From Malacoraja senta (lineage: Eukaryota), in NCBI GenBank assembly GCA_038087875.1, contig CM075991.1, positions 8,062,001-8,126,000 on the forward strand: a DNA stretch of 64,000 nt, given 5' to 3'. This document shows, piece after piece, positions 1 to 12,666 of the stretch (its first letter is position 1; the number at the start of each line of letters is the position of its first letter). The notes below the pieces were generated by a model that was not told the origin of the DNA, made no database searches, and saw only the letters and a list, made by a program, of their open reading frames with translations. Made by a program: the position numbers and the translations under genes.

Positions 1-477
1 GAGTTCTGGCGAGTTTGCCCTCGACTCATACTCGCAGCATGGTCGACACGAGGTCGTAGGAGGTCTTCGTAACTCTCCTTCATGCTCGAGAGTGGTCCCC
101 GCGTACACGAGGCCTCAGCTAGGTCGCGGCGTATTTTTCAACATGTTGAGAAATGCCCGCGAGTAAAAAAAGGTCGCCGTGGAAAAAATCGATACTTTTT
201 TTACTCGTAGGTTTAGTCGTAGTAGGTCGGCATGTTAGTCGTAGGTAATCGAGGGTAGTCGAAGGTAGTCGTAGATAGTCTTCATCATAGTCGAAGGGAG
301 GTCGAAGGAGATCGAAGGAGGTCGTCTTCACTCTCCACTATTTGGTGTCCAATTTTCCCGGTTAGTCGTAGCTGGTCGTAGTTAGTCTTCAACATAGTCG
401 AAGGAGGTCTTCAACATGCCATTTTTCCTAAGCTCTTCTAAACTTGCCAATTAGGTCGCCCAAGTGGGACAGCCCCT
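1..477. mobile_element. PIF/Harbinger-type MITE, type G (left end outside the window)
   Basis: Ends in AAGTGGGACAGCCCCT followed by TAA; interior is GTCGTAG-rich. The first ~55 nt are the reverse complement of ~63668-63717. Confidence 0.75.
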
Positions 478-1400
478 TAACAAACTCAATGGAACGAGCT
501 CTTCACCCAGTTTCTGGGTTAGCGCACTGCACTGAGCTGAGAGGAGATGCAGTGTCTTCACGTGTTGGCTGAACAGTTGGGGAGATAATAATGGGATCCC
601 TATCAGATTCAGTTTAACTTTCCAAGATGTGTTTTCTTTATCTGTTTGATAAAGTTAACAGGAAAGCTGGAATAAGATTTCATTTTTCATACGAACATTA
701 TTTTTGCCGGCCAGGATCTTATCTTTTCTGGGAGCTGATTCACTGTTCGTTCCTAGAAAGATTGATTCCACTACGGTAAGTTCCTCAGTCAACAGAGAAC
801 ATCACTCGGCAAGACTCAGGTTCAGTTGCTGCAGTTTAGAGTCATCCAACACTTCCCTTCCCTCTCCCTTCCTCCCCCCCCCCCCCCACTTCCTCCATTC
901 AAAGCCCATTAACCAGTTGCACAGTTCAAATACGATGTATTCCTCTTCGGAGCACACCGTCCCCAAGTCAACAATCAGCCTATCAGGGAACCTGTAGGAA
1001 GGAACTGCAGATGCTGGTTTAAACCGAAGGTAGACACGAAAAGCTGGAGTAACTCAGCGGGACGGGCAGCATCTCTGGAGAGAAGGAATGGGTGACGTTT
1101 CGGGTCGAGACCCGTTCCTTCTCTCCAGAGATGCTGCCTGTCCCACTGAGTTGCTCCAGCTTTTTGTGTCTATCAGGGAACCTCCTGGTCTTCTCTTGCT
1201 TCCCCTCTCCCCACCTCCCCCCCACCCCCATCCCCACAATCAGTCTGTAGAAAGGAAAAAGGGTCATGACCCATATTTATTTTCTCCAGAGATGCTGCCT
1301 GACTCAATGAGTTACCACAGCATATTGTGTCTGCCTTTGATGTAAACTAGAATCTGCAGTTCCTTTTTACTCCATACTGCATGGAAACTAGCCCTTAGGC

Positions 1401-2213
1401 CAGAGGTGGGGAACCTGCGGCCTTCTAGGCCATTAAGTGCAGCCTTTTGAATAAATCCACATTTTGTAGAACAAATCCTTTTATTTTTATTTAATTAATA
1501 TATTTTTGTTCGCCTTTTATTATCTTAAAATGAACGTGTTTAAAATACCAAAGAGTAAAGGCCCCGTCCCACTTTCCCGAGTTACTCACGAATTCTCCCG
1601 AGTTTTCCCTTGATTTCAAACTCGGAGAATGTCCGTAGCGAGGCCGTAGGAGTCCGTCGACATTTCGTAGCGGCTCGTAATGCCAGCCGTAGGTACTCGG
1701 GGCATCAGGTAAGTCGGGACGTTTTTTCAGCATGTTGAAAAATGTCCACGAGTAAAGAAAATAGCCCCCGAGTACCTACGGCTGGCATCTCCGAGTTTGA
1801 ATCAAGGGGAAAACTCGGGAGAATTCGTGAGTGACTCGGGAAAGTGGGACAGTGGCTTTAAAGAAGATTCAACGAAATAATCCTCCCCGACTGATGGCCA
1901 CAATTAAAACATTAGTAAGTCATGAGGGCTATTTTAACACCTGTTATGCTCATGATTTAGTTCTAATGCGACTCTAGAATGTACTAACGTTAACCTCCCA
2001 CAAAAAGCAGTCACAACAAAGTCATTAAAATGTTAGTTAACTTTAGAATTAACAAAAAAAATTCATTTTCTTGAAGTTAGTACATAGTAGTTAGGTTTTT
2101 ACAAACTTTTGTACATTTTGATGTATATCTAATTGAAGTTTCTTGGATGCGGCCTTATTAGATTACAGCTAACTTAATGCGGCCTTCCAACATGAAAAGG
2201 TTCCACACCCCTG
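1401..2213. mobile_element. hAT-type non-autonomous element containing a Harbinger MITE
   Basis: TIRs CAGAGGTGGGGAACC / GGTTCCACACCCCTG; 8-bp TSD CCTTAGGC / CCGTAGGC. Second copy at 28347-28699. Confidence 0.8.
1559..1857. mobile_element. PIF/Harbinger-type MITE, type A
   Basis: Long inverted ends (GTCCCACTTTCCCGAG...CTCGGGAAAGTGGGAC), TAA/TTA flanks. The empty site is visible in the hAT copy near 28505-28520. Confidence 0.8.
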
Positions 2214-2984
2214 CCGTAGGCCAACCCATCCATGCCAACCACCACGGCCCATCTAGGTTAGTAAATGTGCCCACATTTGTCCCAAGCCCTTCTAAACTTA
2301 TCCTCTCCAAGCTTCTGTCTTTTGAATGCTGTTACAGTAGGTTTAGATTTATTATAGTCAAGTGTACTGAGGTACAGTGAAAAGCTTTTGTTTTGCATGC
2401 TATCCAAACAGTCCAGATATACCATACCTAAATACAATTGAGTCAAACTCAAGTACAATGGATAGAACAAGGGGAAGGTGCAGGGTGTAGAATATAGTTC
2501 TCAATATTGTCATGTACCAGTTCCAGAGGAAACGTCCAATGTCTGCAATGGGCTGGAATTTTATCCAGAGTAGGGTAATCTAAAACTGGACCGTGTGGGT
2601 TTCCTACGGGTGCTCCGGTTTCCTTCCACTCCCCAGCGATGTGCGGGTTTGTAGGTTAATTGTCCCCTGTGTAAAATTGCCCCTGGAGTGTAGGGAGTGG
2701 ATGAGAAAGTGGGATAACATGGAAGTATTGCGAATGGTCAGCGTGGACTCAGTGGGCCGAAGGGCCTGGCTTTATGCTGTATCTCTAAACTAAACAAATA
2801 ATCACAGTGACAACGAGATACAGAGAGCATGGGAATTGATGGGAGTTCATCAGTTCGTAAGTTATAGAAGCAGAATTCGGCCATTTGGCCCATCGAGTCT
2901 ACTCCGCCGTTCAATCATAGCTGATCTATCTTTCCCCTCTTAACCCCATTCTCCCCATAACCCCTGATGCCAGTAATAAGCAGT

Positions 2985-3348
2985 TTCAGTTTCAGTTCAG
3001 TTTAGTTTATTGTCACGTGTACCGAGGTACAGGGAAAAGCTTTTGTTGCGTGCTAACCAGTCAGCAGAAAGACAACACATGATTACAATCAACCCATTTA
3101 CAGTGTATAGATACATGATAAGGGAATAACGTTTAGTGCAAGATAAAGCCAGCAGAGTGCGATCAAGGATAGTCCGAGGGTCATCAAAGAGGTAGATAGT
3201 AGTTCAGCACTGCTCTCTGGTTGTGGTAGGATGATTCAGTTGCCTGGTAACAGCTGGGAAGAAACTGTTTCTGAATCTGGTGGTGTGCGTTTTCACACTT
3301 CAATATCTTTTGCCCGATGGGAGAGGGGAGAAGAGGGGAGTGGCCGGG
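2985..3348 (-). mobile_element. Rex1/Babar-like LINE 3' end
   Basis: Reverse complement of the 3' sequence seen at 10735-11320 and 17590-18005, with a short-repeat tail. Confidence 0.65.
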
Positions 3349-3709
3349 TTCATAATCAAGTTACGAACTTCCCGGGGGTACGTACGCACGGGGAGGAGGG
3401 GGGATCCCATTCACAATTCCTTTGGCTGTTGGTTGTGAATGCCCACGTGTGGAAAGTAGTCATCAGCTGCGGGACGGACCATGTCCATGTCCATGCCCAC
3501 TTGGCCATTTATCTTCTGCCATTCCCATGGCTGAGTCGAAAACTTGAACTTGGAAGTGTTGGTTCACTCACCTTGAACACATATTGTTTGTACCTGAGGC
3601 AGAGGACTGAGACCCGGGTTACTTAATTCCATTACATTGCCAACAGCCTATGTTTAGATTATTATCTAAATGTGTTTGATATATTTAGATATTAAACATG
3701 TAAATCTAG

Positions 3710-4042
3710 TGGGCCTGTCCCACTTAATGCGACTTTTTCGGTGACTGCCGGCACCCGTCATAGGTCGTTGCAGTCGACAAAAATGTTCAACATGTTGAAA
3801 ATCCAGCGTCGACCAGAAAGACGCTACGACTCTTTGGGCGACTGAGGAGACTACTCACGACCATACAGGCGACACCCTGGCGACCTGTCGAGGGGGGAAG
3901 CCTGTATGGTCGTGAGTAGTCGCCCATAGAGTCGTACCTTGTTCTGGGCACCGCTGGATTTTCAACATGTTGAACATTTTCAACGACCTGTAATGACGGG
4001 TGCCGGCAGTCGCGAAAAGGTCGCATAAGTGGGACAGGCCCA
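3710..4042. mobile_element. PIF/Harbinger-type MITE, type B
   Basis: TIR TGGGCCTGTCCCACTT / AAGTGGGACAGGCCCA; interior shared with 23430-23854 and 32651-33060. Confidence 0.8.
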
Positions 4043-4105
4043 CAAGAATATAGATATATATAATATATATATAGGTAGATTAACATCTAGAATTAATAGA
4101 TTATA

Positions 4106-4422
4106 GGGGTGGCATGTTGGCACAGCGGTAGAGTTGCTGCCTTACAGCGCCAGAGACCCGGGTTCGATCCTGACCACTGGTGCTGTCTGTACGGAGTTTG
4201 TACGTTCCCCCCATGACCTGTGTGGGTTTTCTCCGGGTGCTCCGGTTTCCTCCCACACTCCAAAGACGTACAGGTTTGTTGGTTAATTGGCTTTGGTATA
4301 ATTGTAAGTTGTCCCTGGTGTGTGTAGGACAGTGTGAGTGTGCGGGGATCGCTGGTTGGCACAGACTCGCTGGGACGAAGGGTAACTTTTCCACGCTGTA
4401 TCTCTAAACGAAACCAAACTAA
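4106..4422 (+). mobile_element. tRNA-derived V-SINE (HE1-like), full-length representative; more than 20 full or partial copies in the window
   Basis: A-box-like TGGCACAGCGG, B-box GGTTCGATCC, central GGTTTTCTCCGGGTGCTCCGGTTTCCTCCCAC domain, and a CR1-like tail ending in (CTAAA)n-like repeats. Other copies lie near 5617-5897, 11905-12217, 14095-14420, 25530-25820, 34897-35202, 35495-35778, 38020-38302, 44085-44385, 49553-49845 and 50155-50450. Confidence 0.85.
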
Positions 4423-6104
4423 ATCTATGCTATAATAGATCTTAGATCTAATCTATTAGATTAATATTTGGAGGAATGTGTAACAACCCCCCCACGCCAC
4501 CTTCCCCCCTAAGCAATTCACTGCTCTGTGCTTTATTGTGTGAATATTGGTTGCGTTTTGTACAGAACTCATAACATTGTGTAAATCCTTCTCTGCATAA
4601 TTAATGATTATGTTTTGACAAATTGTATTTTTGCAGTAATTAGGTAGCAGATGCTTCTTTGCAACTACATCCTGAGGAAGATATGGAGGCCATTGACAGT
4701 AACGCTAATTGTAATTTTATGCTAAGAGTCGATTTAACTTTCATGTTAAATTATCCCAGTTACTATGAATAACTGGACAATGAGATGAGTCGCTTTGAAC
4801 AGGAGTGCAAATTAGGACTTTGCAGAGAGATATGCTCCTTGCTTCCGACATGGTAACTGCTGGCGAGCTGGTTTTATCTCGTGCTCCATTCCAGGGTGAT
4901 GGGGACAGATTGATCTTTCTTGCTTTCGCTGACTGTGCATTCGATGTCACGGTCACTGCGAGAAAAGTTCCTCCTCCAAGAATTAGGTCGTGTCGACTTC
5001 AGTCGGACCAAATTACAGTGAGTGCAAGATGCAGTTGTAGAGTCAGAGAGTCAAAGGAATCGGCGTGGAGGGAGAAGGGGAGGAGGGGGAACAAAGGGGA
5101 ACCTTGCACAGGGGGTAATTTGTAACATTGTAAGCGCCCTTTATATAGCGACTATTTGAATACCTTGGGTGTGCAAGCAAAGAATTTCACTGTGACTTGT
5201 CACATGTGACAATAAAGTATTCAATTCAATACAGTGTGGAAACAGGCCCTTCGGCCCAACATGCCCACACCAGCCAACATGTCCCAATTCCACTAGTCTC
5301 ACCTGCCACTGTTTGGTCCATATGCCTCTAAAACTGTCCCATCCACAGTAAATGTTTCTTAAACCTTGTGATTGTACCTGCCTCAACTACCTCCTCCACT
5401 CTACTACCTCATATACTTTCCATCCAAAGTTGCCCCTCAAGTTCCTTTTAACTCATTTTGACCACCCTATATACCTATGACGCCATCTTTATCAGGATGC
5501 ATCACAGCATGGTTTGGGAACAGCTCCATCTAAGATCTCAAACAATTGCAGCAGATTGTGGACACAGCCCAGGCCATCACACAAGCTAACCTTCCTTCCA
5601 TTGACTCCATTTATCCGTTTAGTTTAGAGATACAGCGTGGAAACAGGCCCTTCGGCCCAACGAGTCCATGCCAACCATTGATCCCCCATACACTAGTTCT
5701 ACTGCATGTTATCCCAGTTTTGCATCTTACACATTAGGGGACAATTTACAGAAGCCAATTCACCTACAAATCTGCACGCCTTTGAAAACTGGGAGCGAAC
5801 CCTAGCACCAGGAGAAAACCCACATGGTCACAGGGAGAGAGTAAAAACTCCGCACTGACAGCACCCGTAGTCAGTATCTGTAAGGCAGCAACTCTCCAGA
5901 ATGTATTGTTATTTCCCACCCCAAAAAAAAACTGGGCATTGGTTCACTCCAGTCTGAAGAAGGGTCTCGACCCGAAATGTCACCCATTGCTCCCTGTCCC
6001 GCTGAGCTACTCCACCACTTTGTGTCTATCTTTGGTTCAGCCGGCATTGGCTGTTCCTTTCCATGCTCCATTCAACCGCTGTGCTTGCTTTCCTTCTCTC
6101 GTAG

Positions 6105-6248
6105 GGCTGAACGTGCAGGAGGTGCTGATCAATGTGTCTCGACAGCAAGTGGAAGATTTCCACGGCCCGGAAGACTACTGGTGCCTCTGCGTGGCCTGGA
6201 GTGAGCTGGGGACCACGAAGAGCAGGAAGGCCACCGTCCGCATTGCAT
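6105..6248 (+). CDS. UNC5D: UNC5D-like netrin receptor exon, C-terminal half of Ig domain 1 ([48 protein letters not shown])
   Basis: Pyrimidine tract plus AG at 6103-6104 and GTAAGC donor at 6249; 144 nt, phase 1/1. The peptide closely matches my recollection of vertebrate UNC5D ([31 protein letters not shown]). Confidence 0.93.
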
Positions 6249-6309
6249 GTAAGCAGAAGCTTGGCCGGCCTTCCGGCAGCAGTTGCTAATGCCCACCAGC
6301 ACCGCGCAC

Positions 6310-6820
6310 CAAAGATCCTATAGCAAGCAAGATGGTCCACTCAACGAAAAAGGCGTAGTACGGTCATGGGCAGATTCATGGGTCATTTTCGGCCCCATTT
6401 CCGTAACCGGCTTCCGTCTCCACACCAAAGATCCTAGAGCGAGCAAGATGGTCCACTCGACGAAAAAGACGTAGTACGGTCATGGGCAGATTCATGGGTA
6501 ATTTAAGGCCAGATTTCCATAACCGTCTCCCGTCTCCGCACCAAAGCTCCCATAGGATAATAGTGCGGAGACGGAAGCCAGTTACGGAAACATCCTCGTA
6601 AAAATAAAAGTTATTTGGTAAAAATCTTCTTCTCATTTTCAGAATTTTAATTTATTAACACAAACTGTTCCCCCGCGACGTTGATTACACTGCGAGTCGG
6701 GTCGGGTCAGGTTACTGAAATGGATGAAAAAAAGGCCCACGTTCCGCTCCGTTGCGTACTACACGTCAGCCCATTGCATTTAGCAGGAGTGGTCTATCTT
6801 GCACCGCTATAGGATCTTTT
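6310..6820. mobile_element. Non-autonomous TIR element with a probable 8-bp TSD (hAT- or P-like) and an internal 116-bp tandem repeat
   Basis: ~33-bp imperfect TIR CAAAGATCCTATAGC..GCAAGAT...CCACTC; flanks CCGCGCAC / CCACGCAC. Repeat units start at 6310, 6426 and 6542. Confidence 0.7.
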
Positions 6821-7194
6821 CCACGCACGCTCCTACAGAGATGAATTAGCTATCCTATTCTGCAGTCCTTACAGGCTTTGGCTGCTGTTGGGTAGGTAGT
6901 CCATCAAACTGGTTCCGCTTGAATAATTGGATCACCGTGTGAACTACAGAGCCTGGGCAACTTGCAAGTGCAGCATACTGAAGCTGTTGGCTACAGGCTC
7001 TAAATAATGCATGGACCACGTTTTTTTTATTTGGCAAGTTGCGGGTCTTGTGATGACTTGTGTTTCACAGAGAACACTAGCAAGAGATAAATGCCACCAT
7101 CGGCATGGTGGGAGATTTCTGTCTGCTCGTAGCCTTGCATGCTAAAGAGTCTTTCTCCAACACAGCTCTTTTTAAACCAGGGGGTGTGAAATAA

Positions 7195-7462
7195 ACATGG
7201 AAAATAGGTGCAGGAGTAGGCCATTCGGCCCTTCGAGCCAGCACCGCCATTCAATATGATCATGGCTGATCGTCCAAAATTAATACCCCGTTCCTGCTTT
7301 CTCCCCATATCCCCGATTCCGTTAGCCCCAAGAGCTAAATCTAACTCTCTCTTGAAAACATCCAGTGAATTGGTCTCCACTGCCTTCTGTGGCAGAGAAT
7401 TCCACAGATTCACAACTCTCTGGGTGAAAAAGATTTTCCTCATCTCAGTCCTAAATGGCCTA
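7195..7462 (-). mobile_element. CR1-type LINE 3' fragment
   Basis: Translates to FFTQRVVNLWNSLPQKAVE...FKRELD, the CR1 ORF2 C-terminus, followed by the 3' UTR. Confidence 0.85.
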
Positions 7463-8699
7463 TTCTCTTGAATAGTTGAATGTGGCAGGAACTGGGATCG
7501 GACTGGTTTAATGTTTATTTGTAAACTGCAAATTAAAACCGTCCACGTTCTACAGAGGGACGCTGATGTTTTTCAAGCCACTTTCAAGGAATATTTAGTC
7601 ATTCTCAGCAGCCCGCTGAGAAATAAATTCTCTGATTAGAACGTGTTCTATCCAATGCGCATTAAAGTGATTAAGCTTAGAATTAGATTCCGAGTAATGT
7701 TTATAACGTTGAATGAAGAGTTGTAGGCCCTCAGGATTGGAAAAGTCTTGAGATAAGCAAAGGAGGACTAAAGAAGCATCTCAACTCAAAACGTCACCCC
7801 ATTCCTTTTCTCCAGAGATGCCGCCTGTCCCGCTGAGTTACTCCAGCATTTTGTGTCCACCTTCCGTGTAAACTAGCACCTGCAGTTCCTTCCTACACAG
7901 TAGTTAAAGAGGCATGAAGTAGTGTTTGAGTGGATGTGGAGAGGATGGTTTCATCAATGGGAGATTCGGGGACCAGAGGGCAGAGTGTCAGAATAATAGG
8001 AAGTACCTTTAGAGAGGAGATGAGGAGGAATTTCTTTAGCAGGGAGAGTGTGCAAACTCCACATAAACAGCACCCCGAGGTCAGGATCAAACCTGGGTCT
8101 CGGGTGCTGTGAGGTAGTGACTCTACGAGATGCGCCACTGAGATGCCCCCTCCACCCTCTCAATATGGAGAAGCAAACAGCTCAATGGCGAAACTGTTCC
8201 GTACAATTTTTCATGCCAGGGTGGGAAGAGAGAAAGGAGACGGATCAGAGGCCAAAACATAGAGCTGCTGCCTCACAGCGCCCGAGCCCCGGGTTCGATC
8301 CTGACCTCGAGTGCTGCCTGTGTGGAGTTTGCACGTTCTCCCTGTCACCACCAGTTTCCTCCAACATCCCGAAGGTGTGCGGGGTTGTAGGTTAATTGGC
8401 TTCTGTAAATCGCCTCCGGTGTGAATGCGTAAGTGGGACAACGTAGAACTATTGCACGAGTGATCAATGGTCAACAGGGACTTGGAATATGGTGAGCAAT
8501 TGTGGGCACCATATCTGAGGAAGGATGTACCGGCTCTGGAGAGGATCCAGAGGAGGTTTACAAGCATGATCCCAGGAATGAGTGGGTTAACCTATGATGA
8601 GCGTTTGTCGGCACTGGGCCTGTACTCGCTGGAGTTTAGAAGAATGAGGGGGGACCTCATTGAAACATACAGAATAATGAAAGGCTTGGATAGATTGGA

Positions 8700-9419
8700 G
8701 GTACACAAAAATGCTGGAGAAACTCAGCGGGTGCAGCAGCATCTATGGAGCGAAGGAAATAGGTAACGTTTCGGGCCGAAACCCTTCTTCAGACTGATAG
8801 GGGGTGGGGAGAAGAAAGGAAAAAAGGAAAAGGCGGAGGAGGAGCCCGAGGGCTGGGGGAGGGGAGGAGACAACCAGATGGCTGATGAAGGGGAGGGGAC
8901 AGCCAGGGCTAGCAGAATTGGGAGAATTCAACGTTCAGGCCACCAGGATGTAGACTGCCCAAGCGGAATATGAGGTGCATTTCCTCCAATTTATGGTGTT
9001 GCTCGCTGTGGCCATGGAGGAGACCCAGGACAGAGAGGTCAGATACGGAATGGGAGGGGGAGTTGAAGTGCTGAGCCACCGGGAGTTCAGGTTGGTTATT
9101 GCGGACCGACCGGAGGTGTTCGGCGAAACGATCGCCAAGCCTCCGCTTGGTCTCACCGATGTAGATCAGCTGGCATCTAGAGCAGCGAATGCAATAGATG
9201 AGGTTGGAGGAGATGCAGGTGAACCTCTGTCGCACCTGGAACGACTGCTTGGGTCCTTGAATGGAGTGGAGGGGGGAAGTGAAGGGACAAGTGTTGCATC
9301 TCTTGCGGTTGCAAGGGAAAGTACCAGGGGAGGGGGTGGTATGGGAGGGAAGGGAAGAATTGACAAGGGAGTTACGGAGGGAGCGGTCTTTGCGGAAGGC
9401 AGACATAGGGGGAGATGGG
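8700..9419 (-). mobile_element. Penelope-like retroelement 3' part: GIY-YIG endonuclease ORF plus terminal repeat with a hammerhead-like motif
   Basis: ORF 8909-9436 reads PCNRKRCNTC...NLIYCIRCSRCQLIYIGETKRRLGDRFAEH...VAQHFN...GLN, the PLE GIY-YIG domain with its Cys motif. Downstream on the same strand is CTGAAGAAGGGTTTCGGCCCGAAACGTT. Confidence 0.9.
8765..8792 (-). ncRNA. Minimal hammerhead-ribozyme-like core in the Penelope terminal repeat
   Basis: CUGAAGA-A-GGGU(UUCG)GCCC-GAAAC-GUU, ~120 nt 3' of the GIY-YIG stop, in the sense orientation. Confidence 0.65.
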
Positions 9420-10232
9420 AGATTGGATGTGGACAAGATGTTTCCACTAGTGGGAGAGTCAAGGACTAGAGGTCATAGCCTCAGAATTAAAGGATGTCCT
9501 TTTAGGAAGGAGATGAGGAATTTCTTTGGTCAGAGGGTGGTGAATCTATGGAATTCTTTGCCGCAGAAGGCTGTGGAGGTCAAGTCAATGGATATTTTTA
9601 AGACAGATTCTTGATTAGTGCAGGTGTCAGAGGTTATGGGGAGAAGGCAGGAGAATGGGGTTGAGGGGGAGAGATAGATTGGCCATGATTGAATGGCGCA
9701 GTAGAATTGATGGGCCGAATGGCCTAATTCTACTCCTGTTCCATGTGACCTCATGGTGGGTCGAAAGGCATGTTTCCACATGTCTCTAAACTAAACTAAA
9801 ATTAGTAGGCCTGAAATCAATGGAAGGAAAAACCTGAAGGAAAAACATCAACTGAATGAAAGAATTATTTATCATTATTCATATGAAAGTATGGTGATCA
9901 CATTCACATCATATCCATGCTTTTATGTATGAAAGGGAAGTTTGTGGATGCATTGAATTGGTGATAGGGGGAGCCACTGGATTTGTTTCCGAATCTCTGC
10001 TGAAGAAAGTCTTGTGGGATTGGGAGTAATGAATTAGTATGGATAGAGGAATGTCACAAAGGGCAGAGGTCAGGAATAATTGGATCGTTTTCAGGATGGT
10101 TCTCTGTTACTAATGGGGTTATGCAAGGATCAGTGCCAAAGCCTCAGCTATTTACAATTTATATTAATGACTTTGATAATAGGTTTCAACATACGTTATC
10201 TAGGTTTGACGATGATACAAAGCTCGGTGGGA

Positions 10233-10649
10233 ATAGAAACATAGAAAATAGGTGCAGGAGTAGGCCATTCGGCCCCTCGAGCCTGCACCGCCATTCAATA
10301 TGATCATGGCTGATCATCCAACTCAGTATCCCGTACCTGCCTTCTCTCCATACCCCCCTGATCCCTTTAGCCACAAGGGCCACATCTAACTCCCTCTTAA
10401 ATATAGCCAATGAACTGGCCTCAACTACCTTCTGTGGCAGAGAGTTCCAGAGATTCACCACTCTCTGTGTGAAAAATGTTTTTCTCATCTCGGTCCTAAA
10501 AGACTTCCCCCTTATCCTTAAACTGTGACCCCTTGTTCTGGACTTCCCCAACATCGGGAATAATCTTCCTGCATCTAGCCTGTCCAACCCCTTAAGAATT
10601 TTGTAAGTTTCTATAAGATCCCCCCTCAATCTTCTAAATTCTAGCGAGT
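10233..10649 (-). mobile_element. CR1-type LINE 3' fragment, young subfamily
   Basis: ORF 10186-10629 (RGDLIETYKILKGLDRLDAGRLFPMLGKSRTRGH...); nearly identical to 33290-33710 and 46563-46937. Confidence 0.9.
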
Positions 10650-10734
10650 TATCAATGCAAGCTATCTATAGGACGCGGCGAGATTTTATTTTTAATTGAC
10701 TTGTTTTTGTTTGGGAAGTGAATGACGCTGCCAA

Positions 10735-11320
10735 GGCTATAACGCCCCTACTTCCTTCGAAGGCCGAGGAGTTCCGGCATGTCCCCAGCAACTCTCACCA
10801 ACTTCTACAGATGCGCCGTAGATGGCATTTTATCGGGTGGCGTCACGGCATGCTTTGGGAACAGCTCCATCCAAGACCGTAGGGAATTGTGGACGCAGCC
10901 CAGACCATCAGGCAAACCAATCTCCCTTCTATTGACTCCATTTATACCTCACGCTGCCTCGGCAAGGCCAGCAGCATAATCAAGAGCAAGTCCCACCCCG
11001 GCCATTCCCCCTTCTCCCTCAGACCTCGAGATTCTAGCGAAAACGCACACCACCAGATTCAGGGACAGTTGTTATCAGGCAACTGAACCATCCTACCAAC
11101 AACTAGAGAGCGGTCCTGAGCTACTGTCTACCTCATTGGAGACCCACAGACCCTCAGACTATCATTGATCATTGATTTGCACTAAACATTATTCACATTC
11201 CCTTTATTATGTTTTTGTACACCGTGGACGGCTCGATTGTAATCACGTATTGTCTTTCTGCTGACTGGTTAGCACGCAACAAAAGCTTTTCACTGCACCT
11301 CGGGTACACGTGACAATAAA
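10735..11320 (+). mobile_element. Rex1/Babar-like LINE 3' fragment
   Basis: LTNFYRCAV.GILSG.VTA.FGNSS motif of the Rex1-type C-terminus, then a 3' UTR ending in GTGACAATAAA. Confidence 0.7.
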
Positions 11321-11433
11321 ACAATCATTTTATTGGCCACCCCAAATAGCCCGTGAGAAGGTGTTGGTGAGCTTAAACCACTTCCACTAGTTGGTCTACT
11401 TGAACTACTGATGTTCTTTTGATGTAGAACCGG

Positions 11434-11715
11434 TTGCTCAACATTTTAACTCCTCCCCCCCCCCCCCCCCCCCCCCATTCCCACATTGACCCTTCTGTCC
11501 TGGGCCTCCTCCATTGTCAGAGTGAGGCCCAGCGCAAATTGGAGGAACAGCACCTCATATTTCGCTGGGGTAGCTTACACCCGAGCGGTATGAACATTGA
11601 CTTCGCTAACTTCAAGTCGCCCTTGCTTTCCCTCTCTCTCCATCCTCTCCCCCTACTGGTCTTACTGTCTCCCATCCTTTTTCACCAGAGACGCTGCCTG
11701 ACGCGTTGAGTTACG
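11434..11715 (+). mobile_element. Penelope-like GIY-YIG 3' fragment
   Basis: SVLGLLHCQSEAQRKLEEQHLIFRWGSLHPSGMNIDF, homologous to the 8909-9436 ORF. Confidence 0.8.
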
Positions 11716-12539
11716 TGCGCACTCTGTGCCCACCCTGCCTGATCTCTTTACATAACGGAAGTCCTCCAGTCCCGATAACATCCTGGTGAATTTCCTCTGC
11801 ACTCTGGTTAATGCCTCGAACAATGCTGCCTGGTGCTGGAAGCTGAAAGAATTCCCACATTTAAGAGGCATTTAGATAGACACCTAAATATGCAAGGCTT
11901 AGTATAGATTAGAGATACAGCGCGGAAACAGGCCCTTCGGCCCACCAAGTCCGTACCGACCAGCGATCCCTGCACAATAACACTACCCTACACGCACTAG
12001 GGACAATTTACACTTATACCGAGCCAATTAACCTACAAGCCTGTACGTCTTTGGAGTGTGGGAGGAGACCAAAGATCTTAGAGAAAACCCACAAGGTCAC
12101 GGGGGAGAACGTACAAACTCCGTACAGACAGCACCCGTGGTCGGGATCGAACCCGGGTCTACGGCGGTGTAAGCGCTGTATGGCAGCAACTCTACCGCTG
12201 AGCCACCATGCCGCCCAAACCCTAACCCTAACCCTTTTGTGGACGGGGTGATTGCTGGTCAGCACAGACTCGGTGGGCTGAGGGGCCTGTTTCCACGCTG
12301 TATCTCTACAATCTACAAGCAATGTCACAAGTGTGCGCGAAGGAACTGCAGGTGCTGGTTTATACCGAAGCTGGACTCGAAAAGCTGGAGCAACTCAGCG
12401 GGTCAGGCGGCATCTCTGGACAAAAGGAATGGGTGACGTTTCAGGTTTGGAACCCTTCTAAAGTCTAAACTGTCGGACTGAGGGAGATTGAATCTGCATT
12501 GCCACTGTTGTCTTGCTGATCCCGCAATCAGATTACAGT

Positions 12540-12666
12540 CTGAAGAAGGGTTTCGGCCCGAAACGTTGCCTATTTCCTTCGCTCCATAGATGCTGCTGCA
12601 CCCGCTGAGTTTCTCCAGCTTTTTTGTGTACCTTCGATTTTCCAGCATCTGCAGTTCCTTCTTTAA
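12540..12666 (+). mobile_element. Short Penelope-derived insertion beginning at a hammerhead-like core, with a 15-bp TSD
   Basis: CAATCAGATTACAGT at 12525-12539 and 12667-12681; the insert starts CTGAAGAAGGGTTTCGGCCCGAAACGTT. Confidence 0.85.

Larger units (their letters stand above)
8478..9750 (+). mobile_element. CR1-type LINE 3' fragment interrupted by a Penelope-like insertion
   Basis: LEY..QLWAPYLRKDV..LERIQRRFT...GDLIETY..KGLDRL breaks at ~8700 and resumes as LDVDKMFPLVGESRTRGH at ~9421. AGATTGGA is repeated at both junctions. Confidence 0.85.

Noticed and set aside
4106..4180. tRNA genes at SINE heads
   Set aside because: The A/B boxes run directly into the SINE body and LINE-like tail in many diverged copies, and no complete cloverleaf is evident.
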